Shown here one piece after another: positions 47,319 to 59,344 of a stretch of DNA of 64,000 bases; the first letter of the stretch is position 1, and each line of letters starts with the position of its first letter. The notes under the pieces were generated by a model. The model worked only from the letters and a program-made list of their open reading frames with translations, had not been told where the DNA came from and did not search any database. Source of the DNA: Narcine bancroftii (taxonomy: Eukaryota); the NCBI RefSeq assembly GCF_036971445.1, contig NC_091471.1:348378001-348442000 (forward strand), written 5' to 3'. Position numbers and translations under genes: made by a program.

Positions 47319-50300
47319 CTGTAAAACAACATAGGCCATTACCACAGGTCAGACCATGTGTCTATCACCATTGGGCGCAAGATCATTCACCCTGAATTTG
47401 AACTCGCCACAGAGCCCACCACTTTTCCACCCACAGGCCGTGAGGTGGTCTCGACCCAGAGCCGTGGATCTCATGCTACAATTCAGAGATCAATCTTCCC
47501 ACCCACCCACATACCTCTATAGTCTCAGTCCTTCATTCCCACAGCCCCGCAGTCCCACTGCCCCTCACCCCCAGAACTGTACACAACACGCTGAGGGTGG
47601 GCTGACCAATGAATTGTTCAGCTGCAATGCAACATCCAAGCCTTGGAACTCAATTGACATCACAGGCAGTGATCATCACTCCAGGAACTGACACCACCTT
47701 ATCCCCTTTTACCTTCACCCCAGCTGAAGCCACGACCCCGACATTGCAGCTCTGTAAATCCCTGGTGAGACCACAGTTGGAGTATTGTGTTCAGTTCTGG
47801 TCACCTCAAAACAGGAAGGATGTGGAAGCTATGAAAATTGTGCAGTGGAGATTTACCAGGATGTTAATTGGATTGGAGAACATGTCTTATGAGGCAAAAT
47901 TAGTAGATCTAGGGTTTTTCTCTTTGCAGCACAGAAGGATGAGAGGAGACTTAATAGATGTCTACAAAATTGAGGCATAGATAGGGTGGACAGCCAGCTC
48001 CTTTTTTCCTGGGACAAGAGTAGCGATGTAAGGGAAGGTCATGCCTCACAAACCGAATCGAGTTTTTTGATGAGGTAACAAATTAAATTGATGAGAATAG
48101 GCCAGTACTTGTGGTCTACATGGATTTTAGTAAGGCATTTGACCAGCTCCCCCATGAGAGTTTTCAGAAAGTCTTTAGCTGTGTGGATAAAAAATTGGCT
48201 TGCAGGTAGAAAGCAGATAGTAGCAGTGGAAGGAAAGTACTCTGCCTGGAGGTCAGTGACTAGTTGAGTTCTGCAGGAATCTGTTCTGGGACTCCTGCTC
48301 TTTGTGATATTTTATAAATGACCTGGATGAAGAGGTGGAAGGATTGGTCAGTAAGTTTGCAGATGATACAAAGGTTGGAGGAGTTGAAGGTTGTCATAGG
48401 TAACAAAAGGATATAGACAGGATGCAGAGTTGGGTGGAAAAATGGCAGATGAAGTAAATCCAGATAAGTGTGAATTGATGCATTTTGGAAGGTCAAACCA
48501 GAAGGCTGTCCACAGGGTTAATGGTCGGTTACTTATCAGTGTGGAGGAACAGAGGGACCTTCGGGACCAAATCCATACATCCCTCAAAGTTACCACACAA
48601 GTTGATAGTTAAGAAGGCCTGTGGATGTTGGACTTCATTAATGGGGGACTGAGTTCAAGAGTGAGAGGTCATGTTCTACAAATCTCTGATGAGACCACAC
48701 TTAAAATATTGCGATCAGTTCTGGTCACCTCATTTCAGGAAGGATGTGGAAGCTATGGAGAGGGTGCAGAGGAGATTTACTAGGATGTTTCCTGGATTGG
48801 AAAATAAGTCTTATGAAGCAAGGTTAGCAGAGCTGGGACTTTTCTCTTTGGCGCATAGGAGGATGAGAGGTAACTTAATAAGAGATCTACAAGATTACAA
48901 GAGACATAGATAGGGTGGACAACCAGTGCCTGTTTCCTAGGGCAGGAGAAGCAAACATCAGAGGATATATGTACAAAGTGAAGGGAAGTTTAGGGGAGAC
49001 ATCAGGAGCAAGTTTTTTTTTATGCACAGAGTTGTGGGTATCTGGAATGCCTTGCCAGGGATGGTGGTGGAGGCTGAAACAGACATGTGGATGAAAGAAA
49101 AATAGAGGTTACATGGTAGGGAGGGTTTTTTTTTGAGGTTTATATGGGTCAGCATATGCTGGAATGTTCTATGTTGTATGAACTGGTGCCTGCGTGCCCC
49201 TCAGTCTGACATATACCTGGGGCTCCCGTGTCACCGCATACTCCACCACATCTTCTCCATTCTCAGACTTATAAATTAGGTCGAACTTTCCAGGCTCTTT
49301 GGAACATTCTGGAACCAAGTAGAATGATGGTCAAAAGTTTACTCAACTGCAATGGAACTGGAGCAGGCTACAAGTGATCACGGCAAGATGAGATAATTAG
49401 GCCCAGCAGGAGTGGGGGAGGGTCATCGGCTGCTCATCAATCACAGCTGGTCTACCCTCAACGTGTGTTCACTGCCACAGCCTTCAATGCCTTTAACACC
49501 CATTTATTTGTGATGAACTCAACTGAACCTCCACAATCATACGCAGAATAGAATTCCCAAAGATTCCCATCCTTGGGGTAAAAACATTTCTCTCCATCTT
49601 ACTCCTAAACTGTCTGCTCGTGAATTGAGCCCCTGCCCCAGACTCTGGATGGAGAAACATCATCTCATCCATTCTGCTGACCCCTGTGAGTTTCAGTGAG
49701 ATCTCGAGATTTTTTTTAGAAGGGCAACTGAGACAAACCAGGACATTATTGGCCAGTGAACCCTGAATCAGTGGCAGGGAAACTGGTGGAAAAGCATTCT
49801 CAGACACAGGATCTACTTGCATCTAGAAAAGTATTTACATTTGTGAGATTTGTGCCAAACAGGCCATATATTACAAACTTGAATTTTTTGAGGAGGTGAC
49901 AAAGCTGGTTGGTGAGGGTAGGGCAATGGATGTTGTCTGCGTGGACTTTCGTAAAGCTTTCGACGAGGTACCTCGTGATAGCTGATTCAGAAGACTAAGA
50001 TACGAGAGATTCGTGGGGACGGTAGATTGGGTTCAACACTGACACAACCAGACAGTGGTAGTGAAGGGTCTTACTCTGGCTGGAGAACTATAACCAGGAT
50101 GTTTCACAGGGATCAGTTGTTGAGATCTCCATTGTTTGTGATGTATATACAGTAAATGATTTGGACCAAGATTTAGATGGTCTGATTAGTAAGTTTGCAG
50201 TTGGCACAAAAGTAGTTGGAATTGTGGATCATGAGGAATGTTACCAAAGGATTCAACAGGATATAAACCAGTTGGAAGTGTTTGCAGAGGAATGCCAGAC

Positions 50301-53300
50301 AGAGTTTATTCCACACAAGTGTGAGGTGATGCACTTTGGAAAGTCAAATGAGGATTGTGTACTGCACATTTCAGGACCATGAGGAACACTGATGAGCAGA
50401 GAGATCTTGGGGTGAAGTCCACAGCAGAATATGATGGTAAAGATGGCGAAGGAAGTGTCGCTCAAATAGGGCTCAAAGAACTCATCCAGCACACAGAATC
50501 AGTGACCCATTACCATCAGGAAGGAGCATCAAAATCAAGGCTGGGAAATAGCTTCTTCCTACAGGCTGAGACTGATGAACAGTTACCTGTAACTGAGTAA
50601 ATCATTCAAAAATAAAATCTTTTGAGTATAAATGTGATTATTATGTGCTTTCATGTGTGTATGTATGTACACCGTGGCCTGGAGAAACACTGTTTCACAT
50701 TGATACATAAAACATTGGTTCGGCCATGTTGAAGTTCTGGGTGCAGTATGAGTTGTCCAATGGCTGGAAGGATGTGAAGGCTTTGGAGAGGGCGCAGAAA
50801 TTGTTCACCAGGATGTTGCCCAGTGAGAGAGCGTCATTTGCGAGGAGAGGTTGGACAGACTTGCACTGTTCTCTCTGGTGTGTTGGAAGCTGAGGGGAAA
50901 CTTGACAGGATATAAAATTACAAGAGGGATTGATGGGGGGCAGTCAGAATCTTTCCCCCAGGTGGAATGTCAAATATGCGAGTGTGAAATCTGCCCACAT
51001 TGTAATAAAACAAACAGCAGAAGACAGCAGAACCAATTAAGTGTGCACAGTTTCTTTATTTAACATTGGTAATTCTAGTGGGAGTGAGAGGTGATAAAAG
51101 AAAGTTTAGTAACTTGTTCTCTACACTGAAGCCAACACAAAGCATCGGAGTGTTCCTTGTACTTTTATACACCTTTGGACAGGGGCCTACGTGAGATTCT
51201 ACAAGTTTCACATGAATATCACAGAGCTGGTGTTTTCTTGTCTTTTTTTAAACACAACATTTTCCTTGGTGTCTGCAGATAGCTGGGAAATGTCAGGGTG
51301 TCCTTTAGTCAAGGTGTATTGACATTCTTATGGAGTTAGCTAATATCTCAATACAGCAATGAGAAGGTCACGTTTAGAAGCCAATTCCCACCATCTTACA
51401 GTGAGCTACTGTATTTTCTCACCCAATTCATTAATGCTTTGTTAAGCATATTTGTTATTCTTTCACAAAAGGGCATAGGTTTCAAATAAGAGGGGAGATT
51501 CTTGCTTGGCAGGAATGTGAAAGCACATTCTCCTGAGAGTGCAGGGAGGCAGCAGGTAGCTCGGTCCACCTACTCAGGGTCAATGACTCCCAATCTACAG
51601 GCAAGGAACAGGGTTTATTTGGAATGTGTGATTGTTGCAGTGAGAGGCTCACCTGGGGACATTGATTCCACATGAAGTTCCACCTGCTGATTGGTAGCAT
51701 CGTAACTCAGGATTCTTCCTTCCTTCAAGACAATGCTCCGGTCAGTCACACTGGGAGATGACGAAGCCAATTCACCAAACCCAGGCCCCGATCTATATCA
51801 ACAGACCACGAACCCTGTTCTCCCGTGGCCCTGTCTCACAGCAGCATAGACCCTTACTACCCACTCCCATCACCCAAACCCACCACCACCCCTCAGCCCC
51901 CACATGCTTCTGAAGTTCAATCTGCATGGAGGGACGCTCCCTGCCACCCCGCACAGATGGACACTTCCCGTTACCCCACACAGAGGGACACTCCATTGCC
52001 CCGCATGGAGGGGCGCTCCCTGACCCCCCACCCCGCACGGAGGGATGCTCCCCATCACTCTGTATGGAGGGATGCTCTCCATCACACTGTATGGAGGTAT
52101 GCTCTATCACTCTGTATGGAGGGATGCTCCATCACTCTGTACGGAGGGACCCTCTGCGAATGGAAAGGAGAGAGATACCTTGTAATCCGACAGCTCTGGT
52201 GTGTAATTGTCTGACAGCTCCAACACCTAATGAGGAAATGCAAGTGTCACAAAGTGCAGGGATTGGAGGAGGAACAGACTGATGATTCAGACACACTCCT
52301 TTGCCCCCTCCCATTGTAACCCTGGGTGTCCCACCCCATTCCCCTCTCCCCCATGGAAGCTTGCCTTCAAGTCTTCTACCTGCTCTCTCTCTCCACCCTA
52401 CTTCTCAACTTTCTGCAAATTCTTCAAACTTTCTGGCCTGCAGAGTCCAGTTCAGCATCTTGGGTCTTAAGGAAGCTACTGATGTGATGTTGATCACTAG
52501 CAGGGTTTGCTCCTCTCAGCTCTTTAGGACATAAATCAAGTGCTTAATAAGAACTTTATATCTGCAGAGACATTGGCCTTCATTTCACAAAATAGCAAAA
52601 CCAGTGCAGTGGTTACCTTGAAGGCAATCCTTTGTCCGACCTGCGGTGGTGCGGCCAGGAGTGGCAGCCTGCTGTAGTCTCTCTTTGGAACGTCAGGGAT
52701 GTCCTGCTTGGATGGAACACAAATGTCACTGAGACAAACCTGGTAATGGCCTGCTTGGTCAACCCCTACCCTGTCCAGAGATGCAGCAAGTTTTAGGGTG
52801 ATCTTGTTGCCCAGGCATCATCTGTATCACACCACTGCAATACCTTCCAGTGTATACAGACATCAATATTACTGCATGCAAGGACCACGCAAAACTGCTG
52901 AAAGGCATCACAACAGTGCAGGGCAGGTATAGGGAGTGCTGACGTCCCACAGGCTGGGAGTAGGGAGTGGGAGCGGAAGTGAGGCAGTGTAAGCTGGGGT
53001 TTGGGCCAGAGCACAGTAGGGTAGCAGGGGTTGGGACTGGGCAGGGGTGGTGAGGCTGGACTGGGAATGGGACTGGGAAAGGGATTGGGAATGGGAATAG
53101 GGACAGGAATGGGAGTGGGAATGAGCATGGGGCCGTGGCTGGACTAGGCAGTGCTGGACTGGGAATGCAGCCAGACTGGGTCCAGGGCCGACTGGGCACT
53201 GTGGATTCCCATCCTCCCTGCTTTACCTCTGTGGCTCCATGTTGTTCTCCTGTGGCGGCCCAGTCTCCAGGTCTGGGGAGCTGACTACTTGGACAGCCAT

Positions 53301-56300
53301 TGTGTGGGGGTCCAGTTCCTCGGCCTCGACCCAGGAAAGGCCTTCGTCGTTGCCAGTCACCACCCTGCGCGTAGGCCGCAAACCCTCGTCCACGTCCCCG
53401 TCCAGCTCCAGGAGGCCACTGGCGCCCAGCAGCCCAATCTCCTCCCTCTGGCTGTCCCGACCTGCAGCCCGAGGAATCTGCAGATGATCCATTTGGATTG
53501 GGGATAATGCCATTTGCAGACGGGGTGGAGTGGCTGTCAAGCTTCAGAGAAGGGTCCTGCCCAATAGGGGTCTGCTCAGAGTCACTGCTCGACTGGTCAG
53601 AGCCATTGCCCGTCCCTGTGCCGGCAGTGTCAGCCAGCACTGCTCCCTCTGTCCCTACACTGCCAGCCACAGCCAACACACTGCCGCTCAGCCCACCATT
53701 GCTCCCTTCATTGGGCAAATGCTCACTGTTCGACACCACCATCTGCTTCCCTGCAATGTCCTGCGACTGTCCCCGCTGGCACGTGAGATTGAGAGTTGGT
53801 CTACTTCTGGAAGCTTGCCCACTCTCCTGCTCCTTGCTGCATTTCACTTTTTTCTTTTTGCTGTGTTTTTTTTTCACGCTATACTTTCCGTCAGCCTCTG
53901 CCTTCTTCTTCCTCTTTCTTGAGCGCTCTGTGTAGGCATTGGAAACTGAATCCTCTGTGGTGTCAGGAGTCTGTTCCTCACTCAGCCACACCTTTCTCCT
54001 CTTCTTCCGTTGCCTGCTGTCACTCTGCCCCGGCTGGGCATCCTCCAACTGCAGCCGGTTCCTCTTCCTGCTCCCCAGGGGTGGTCCGGCCACAGGCTCC
54101 TCGCTGCTCTCGGCTGTCAGCTCCTCCTGCTTCACCCTGCCAAAGAACACGCAGCCCAGTTACTACCCAGTGCTGCCACCTAACGCAGTATCCCTTCTCC
54201 CTGTGCATCAGTCTGATGGAACCAGTATGGGGCAGGACTGTTAAACCCAGGATAGCAAGGAGGGGGGATGGGAAGGCTGCAGGACTTAGAAGGTAAAAGC
54301 ACAGAGGTGAGGAGTACAGAGGGGAAATGTTCAGGGGTCTGGATTATCAAGTTATTTAGCTGAGAAACAGGCCTGTCAGCCCAGCTCACCCATACCAACC
54401 AAGATATGGGGCTGAGCCGATCCCCTCTGCCAGCATTCGATTTATGTCTCTCCAAAACTTTCCGTCCTGACCACATCTTTCAAATGTTGTAGTTATAGTC
54501 CGGCAGATCGTTCCACACACCACCAACCTCTATGAGCCCCTCAGCTCCCTTTCAAACCTTCTCACCTTACACCCTGCCCACTAGTTTTACATGCTTCTGG
54601 ACTGTGACTATGTACCCCATCGATGCCCCTCACGGGGTGCAAAATTGGTGTAGCGGTTAGTGTAATGCTGTTACAGTGCCGCTGATCGAGACCGGAGTGT
54701 CTTTAGGGAGTTTGTAAGTTCTCTCCGTGTCTGTGTGGGTTTTCCCCATGGGCTGTGGTTTTCTCCCACTGTTCAAAATGTACCGGGGTGGGGGGGTTGT
54801 TGTAAGTTAATTGGGTGTAAATTGAGCAGCATGGCTTGTGGCCTGTTACCATGCTGTATGTCTTAAATTTAAATTTAATTAACCTGCATCAGGCCCCACC
54901 CTCTCAGCCTACCATCACCAGGGAGAAAAATCCCAGCTGACGTGATAGTAGCATTCAAAAAGCTTTGAGATGATATGAATGGGATGGAGTGGAGCAGGGA
55001 GCACAGTTTTAGTTTGATTTGGGCACCATATTCAGCAGAGATGTGGATCGAAGGGCCTCTTCCTGTGCTGGACTGCAATCCGTTTTTTCCTGGTAATTCA
55101 ACCTGTCCAGTCTGCTTACTGGATTGTGAATTTTTTCTGCTCCACAACATCCTTCCTAAAGCTGGGTGAGACACTGTATATATTTGAAAAGAAAAATGTA
55201 TGTATCTTGATCAATGTGGTTTATAGTGTGAAAAATAAAAAATTTAAAAAAAAGCTGGGTGATGATATTCCAACTGCAGTCTCCCCATATCCACTCCAGC
55301 TGATTGGGGTAGATGTCAGGAGGAAGACATGGGGTCTGCTGTACGTTGGGCTCTGTACTATTCCCTGGGGAGAAGGAAAGGGGTCCACATGCAGGGAGGA
55401 TGTCAGATGGAATGCATCATATGATGTAGAGAGAATCGAGAGTGGAGTGGGCAGCATCAGTCGCATTGGAAGGGAATTTGGGTATCAAATGCTATTCTGG
55501 GGGTATCGGGGAGGATTGGGCTGTATCACGGTCTATCAGGGAATTAGCAGGTGGCATCCAGGTTATCAGGCATTATCAGACACTGTCAGGAGAGGGGTTA
55601 CCAGAGAGATGGTATTGGGGTGGCTTCTGAAGGATGATGGTATTGGAGTCGGGCATCGGCTCACATAATACAGCAGTTATCAGGGCAGTTATTACTGGGC
55701 ATCTGGGATAAAGGCGTTGGGAATATCAGGGTGGAACCAGTGCAATAATGGATCTCCTATTAAGGAACGAGACAGGACAGGTGACAGAAGTATGTGTAGG
55801 GGAACATTTTGGGTCCAGTGATCATAATGCCATTAGTTTCAAGTTAATTATAGAGAATTATAGGTCTGGGCCTGGGTTGAAATTCAAAATTGGAGAAAGG
55901 CTAATTTTGAGGAAATAAGAAAGGATCTTCTTGTTCTATCACATCTAAAGCAATGGAAGCCTGGAACACTTGAGCTGCCCCTCTGCAACCAAGTTTCACC
56001 GATGGCCACAATGTCATATTTCCACGTGCCAATCCACGCTCTAAGGTCGTCTGCCTTTCCTACAAAACTCCTTGCATTGAAATAGATGCACCTGAGAACA
56101 TTTCCACCACGTTCAACCCGTTGACTTCTAACAGTGCATGTAATATTAACATCATCTTCCCTCCTCCACTCATCTATCTGCTCTGGCTCTCTGGTTCCCC
56201 TGCCCCTGCAAATCTAGTTTAAACCCACCATAGCAGCACTAGGAAACCTTCCTGCAAGGATATTAGTCTCTTCCACTTCAGATGCAAAACAAACCGTGGG

Positions 56301-57879
56301 AACAAGTTGCAGCTTCCCTGGAAGAGAGTCCAATAATCCAGAAACCTGAAGCCCTCCTTAGTCACGTGTTAAGCTGTATTGTCCCCTTATTTCTAGCCTC
56401 ACTAGCACGTGGCATGGGTAGTAATCCTTAGATCACTAGCCTGGAGATCCTGTCCTTCAACTTAGCGCCTAACTCCCTGAACTCTCCTTGCAGGACCTCT
56501 TCATTCCTACCCAAGTCATTGCCCCTACATGTGGCTGTGAACTCGATCTGAGGTATCACAGACTCTGGCATCAGGGAGGCAACATACCATCCAGCATATT
56601 CGATCTCTTCCACAGAACCTCTTATCTATCCCCTAACTATGGAATCCCTTATCAGTACAGCTCACCTCATCTCCTCCCTTCCCTTCTTAGTCACAGAACC
56701 AGACACCATGGAGGAGTCCTGATATCCATGGCTTGTCCTTGGTAGGTAACCACACCCAGCAAAGGTATCCAAAATGGGATACTGTACTTATTATTGAGGG
56801 GGACAGCCTCAGGGGTGCCCTGCACTGCCTGCCAGTTTTCCTTCCCTCTCCTGTCATCCATCTACCCTCTTGCCTTCTAAGTGTGATAGTGTCCCTGTAA
56901 CTCCTGTCTATCACCCCCTCTTCCTCCTGAATGATACAGAGTTCATCAAACTCCAGTTCCAATTCCTTAACTTGGTTTGTTAGGAGCTCCAGCTAGCTGA
57001 ACTTCACAAATCATCATGGGTATCACTGGCTTCCCTGACGACTCACATTTTGCAAGAGGAACATTCCCCCTGCCTTGGCTGCCATTCACACTGACTATGA
57101 CTAGGTGAACAAAATATATATTAAAAAAACCTGTACCTAACTGCTGAATCCTTCATGTTCCTCAAATAGGGTGGCCCTTTCTGACTTCAACTCTTACCTG
57201 TTCTTGCTGAAGCTCATTGAGACAAAGCCATACCACTCTGACTCAGCCCTCCAAAATCCCCCTTGGAAAAGCTCAGTACCCCTCATGTCCCCCCCTTGGA
57301 AACCCTCATTACCACTCTGATATCCCCCCCCTTGGAAAAACTTGTTTCCCCTCCGATATCTCCCATTGGATCCCACTGATAGTTCATCCCCTTGGTATCA
57401 GAGGGTACCTTGTTTTCATGAGGGGCTATCAGAGGGGTTCTGAGCATTTCTAGAGTGTTTCCAAGAAGAGGGGGGAGTATCGGAGGGGTACCATGGTTCT
57501 AAGGGGGGGGGTATTGGAGGTATTTCGGGTGTTTCTAAGGGGGGGGTATATTGGAGGGGTACAGAGTGTTTCCAAGGGGGGATATTGGAGGGGCACGGAG
57601 TGTTTCAAAGACGGAGTATCGGAGGGGTGGACCCGGGCCTCACCGCAGCCAGTCGTTGTCCCGCACCAACAGCACGCTCTCGTTGGGAGGCAGCAAGCCG
57701 CCGTGCAGGTAGAGGTGAAGGCGGGTGTGGCGACCAAAGCCGAAGCGGCGGCGGATGATGCTCTCCAGGTCGGCCACCACCCGGCACGTATCCGCCGGCA
57801 GCAGCAGCCAGCACAGCCGGGCGGCTGGCTGCAGGGGCGGCGGGTACTCGAACGCCAGACGCAGGCGGACGGCGGCCAT
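47244..57879 (-). CDS. COIL: Coilin (Cajal body scaffold), complete, 7 exons, about 505 aa
   Basis: N-terminal domain ([12 protein letters not shown]...[17 protein letters not shown]), basic NLS stretches, RG box (GRGRGRG) and C-terminal Tudor-like region ([38 protein letters not shown]). Exon phases are consistent. Confidence 0.96.
47740..49180 (+). mobile_element. two tandem CR1 3' fragments in COIL intron 6
   Basis: [34 protein letters not shown]. Confidence 0.88.
49217..49308 (-). CDS. COIL: COIL exon 6
   Basis: cag| [31 protein letters not shown] |gtatat. Confidence 0.94.
49720..50982 (+). mobile_element. degenerate CR1 RT region in COIL intron 5
   Basis: [27 protein letters not shown]. 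Confidence 0.75.
50983..51467 (-). mobile_element. solo-LTR-like element nested in CR1
   Basis: TGTGAAA...TTTCACA inverted termini; CR1 sequence resumes on both sides. Confidence 0.6.
51653..51722 (-). CDS. COIL: COIL exon 5
   Basis: aag| [23 protein letters not shown] |gtgagc. Confidence 0.92.
51920..52150. repeat. about 30-bp degenerate tandem repeat, COIL intron 4
   Basis: TGTATGGAGGGATGCTCCCCATCACTC units. Confidence 0.8.
52179..52226 (-). CDS. COIL: COIL exon 4
   Basis: tag| [16 protein letters not shown] |gtatct. Confidence 0.93.
52617..52703 (-). CDS. COIL: COIL exon 3
   Basis: aagcag| [29 protein letters not shown] |gtaacc. Confidence 0.93.
53227..54136 (-). CDS. COIL: COIL exon 2 (NLS, Ser-rich region, RG box)
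   Basis: cag| VKQEE...GRGRGRG...HGATE |gtaaag; lies within ORF 52759-54150. Confidence 0.88.
55170..55250 (+). mobile_element. about 80-bp 5'-truncated L1 with 12-bp TSD
   Basis: Matches the 3' end of the L1 at 63674-63760; TSD AAAGCTGGGTGA at 55158-55169 and 55251-55262. Confidence 0.85.
55930..57140 (-). mobile_element. CR1 5' portion (ORF1 and start of the endonuclease)
   Basis: [30 protein letters not shown] (esterase-like ORF1); YFNARSF..KADDL..W. Confidence 0.75.
57644..57879 (-). CDS. COIL: COIL exon 1
   Basis: gcc[19 protein letters not shown]...LVRDNDWL |gtgagg. Confidence 0.94.
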
Positions 57880-58312
57880 GGCAGGCCGGGAGGCGGGCCC
57901 GGGACGTTTGGGTGACGTAGAGAGGCGGGTCCGTGACGTCAAGAGGCGTGCATAGGGGTAACGTGTGGGGGGTATTCGTGATGTCAGTGGCGTGGCCGTG
58001 GGGTCGTGACGTCAGCGGCGTGGCCGTGGGGTCGTGACGTATGCGGATCCATGCCTGGGGCGTGGCGTGATGTAACGAGACGGGTGCGAGTCGTCGGTGG
58101 TGAGGCTTTTACTGCGACCTGTAGAAGCGGGGTCGATGGAAACCCCACCCTGCGGGGAAAGGAGGTGGGGCCCGAAACGCGTGACGTAATTGGCGGGCCG
58201 AGCTAAGCCCCTGTGTGAACGCGATGCCTCGACACGTGACTTGCCACATGTCACTCGGTGAGTTGCCTGCTTTTAAGTCACTGCGCGCAGCCGCATCACA
58301 TCACATCGCCTG
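57880..58312. promoter_or_regulatory. CpG-island bidirectional promoter shared by COIL and TRIM25
   Basis: 433 bp between divergent ATGs, CpG-rich. TGACGTCA at 57934 and 58007, further TGACGT(A) sites at 57913, 58035 and 58182, E-box CACGTG near 58233. Confidence 0.8.
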
Positions 58313-58939
58313 ATGGCAATGGAGGAGGTGGTGGGAACCGAGGCGCTTCCGCTGCCGGGCTTGGAGGACGAGCTGACGTGCGCCATTTGCCTGGAGCTGC
58401 TTCAGGAACCGGTGACAGCGCCGTGCGGCCACAACTTCTGCCGGGCCTGCCTGGCGCTGTACTGGGCCCCCGAGCGGCCCGACCTGACCGGCTACAGCTG
58501 CCCGCAGTGTCGCTGCCGCTGGGCTCAGCGGCCCGAGCTGAAGCCCAACCGCGTCCTCTGCACCGTGGTGTCCGGGCTGGAGCGCCTGCGCTGCGGCGGG
58601 GCTGGTCCGGAGGACAAGCCCAAGGGCTGCGTGAAGCCCGAGGTCCTGCCCTGCGACGCCTGCCCGCCTGCCTCCGCCGCCGCCGCCCTCCGCACCTGCC
58701 TGACCTGCCTGGCGTCTTTCTGCGCCGAGCACCTGGAGCCGCACGGTCACAGCCCGGCCCTACGCTCCCACACCCTCCGGCCACCGCTGCCCGACTTGGC
58801 CCAGCGCCGCTGCCCCGACCACGACAAGCTGCTCGAGTTCCGCTGTCCGCAGCATAAGTGTTGCCTGTGCGCCGTCTGCCTGCTGGAGCACCGGGCCTGC
58901 GCCACCGTGGTGGAGGAGGAGGCCCGCGGGCAGCGCCAG
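58313..58939 (+). CDS. TRIM25: TRIM25-type E3 ubiquitin/ISG15 ligase, exon 1 (RING, B-box1, B-box2); gene continues beyond the window
   Basis: ELTCAICLE..EPVTAPCGHNFC...YSCPQCR (C3HC4 RING), CDAC..CLTCLASFCAEHLEPH (B-box1), CPDHDKLLEFRCPQH..CLCAVCLLEH (B-box2), then cag|gtgagg. Adjacent to COIL as in human. A TRIM25-like paralog cannot be excluded. Confidence 0.85.
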
Positions 58940-59344
58940 GTGAGGGGATGGAGTGGTCGAGGGAGGTGGGGATTGCAGGGTTTGGGTCGGGGGCTGGAGT
59001 TATTCCCGGGATGGGGATGGGGCCAGGTTGAGGGCTGGAGACACGGGGGTAGGAGGGCTGGTGTGGCTGGAAGTTGGGAGCGGAGTTCCCTTGTTGCTCT
59101 GGGCGGACCTTTGCCAGGAAGGTCATGAAGGATCATAATGTATCATTTGATACGTTGATCTCTGGGCATCGCATTGGATGGAAACCCTGGATGGGAAACA
59201 CAGCAGAAGGCTGCCCACTGCCTAGAGAACTTGCAAATGTTCCTCTGCGCCACTGGTGAGGGTGGGACCAGCAGGCGGCTGGATTCAGATCTTTGCCTCT
59301 GCACTTTACCTGATAAAGTGTTTGTGTCAACATGGACTGCGCAG

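Noticed and set aside
52440-52600. Possible intronic sno/scaRNA in COIL intron 3
   Set aside because: No paired C/D boxes with a terminal stem and no H/ACA architecture on the COIL sense strand.
52759-53226. Extended COIL exon 2 reading frame
   Set aside because: A good donor at 53227 splices in phase to conserved exon 3; the extension is low-complexity intron.
54633-54720. tRNA gene
   Set aside because: The tRNA-like head runs into SINE body sequence and forms no complete cloverleaf.
58258-59126. Overlapping alternative-frame and antisense ORFs over TRIM25 exon 1
   Set aside because: Expected shadow ORFs in very GC-rich coding DNA, with no recognisable domains.
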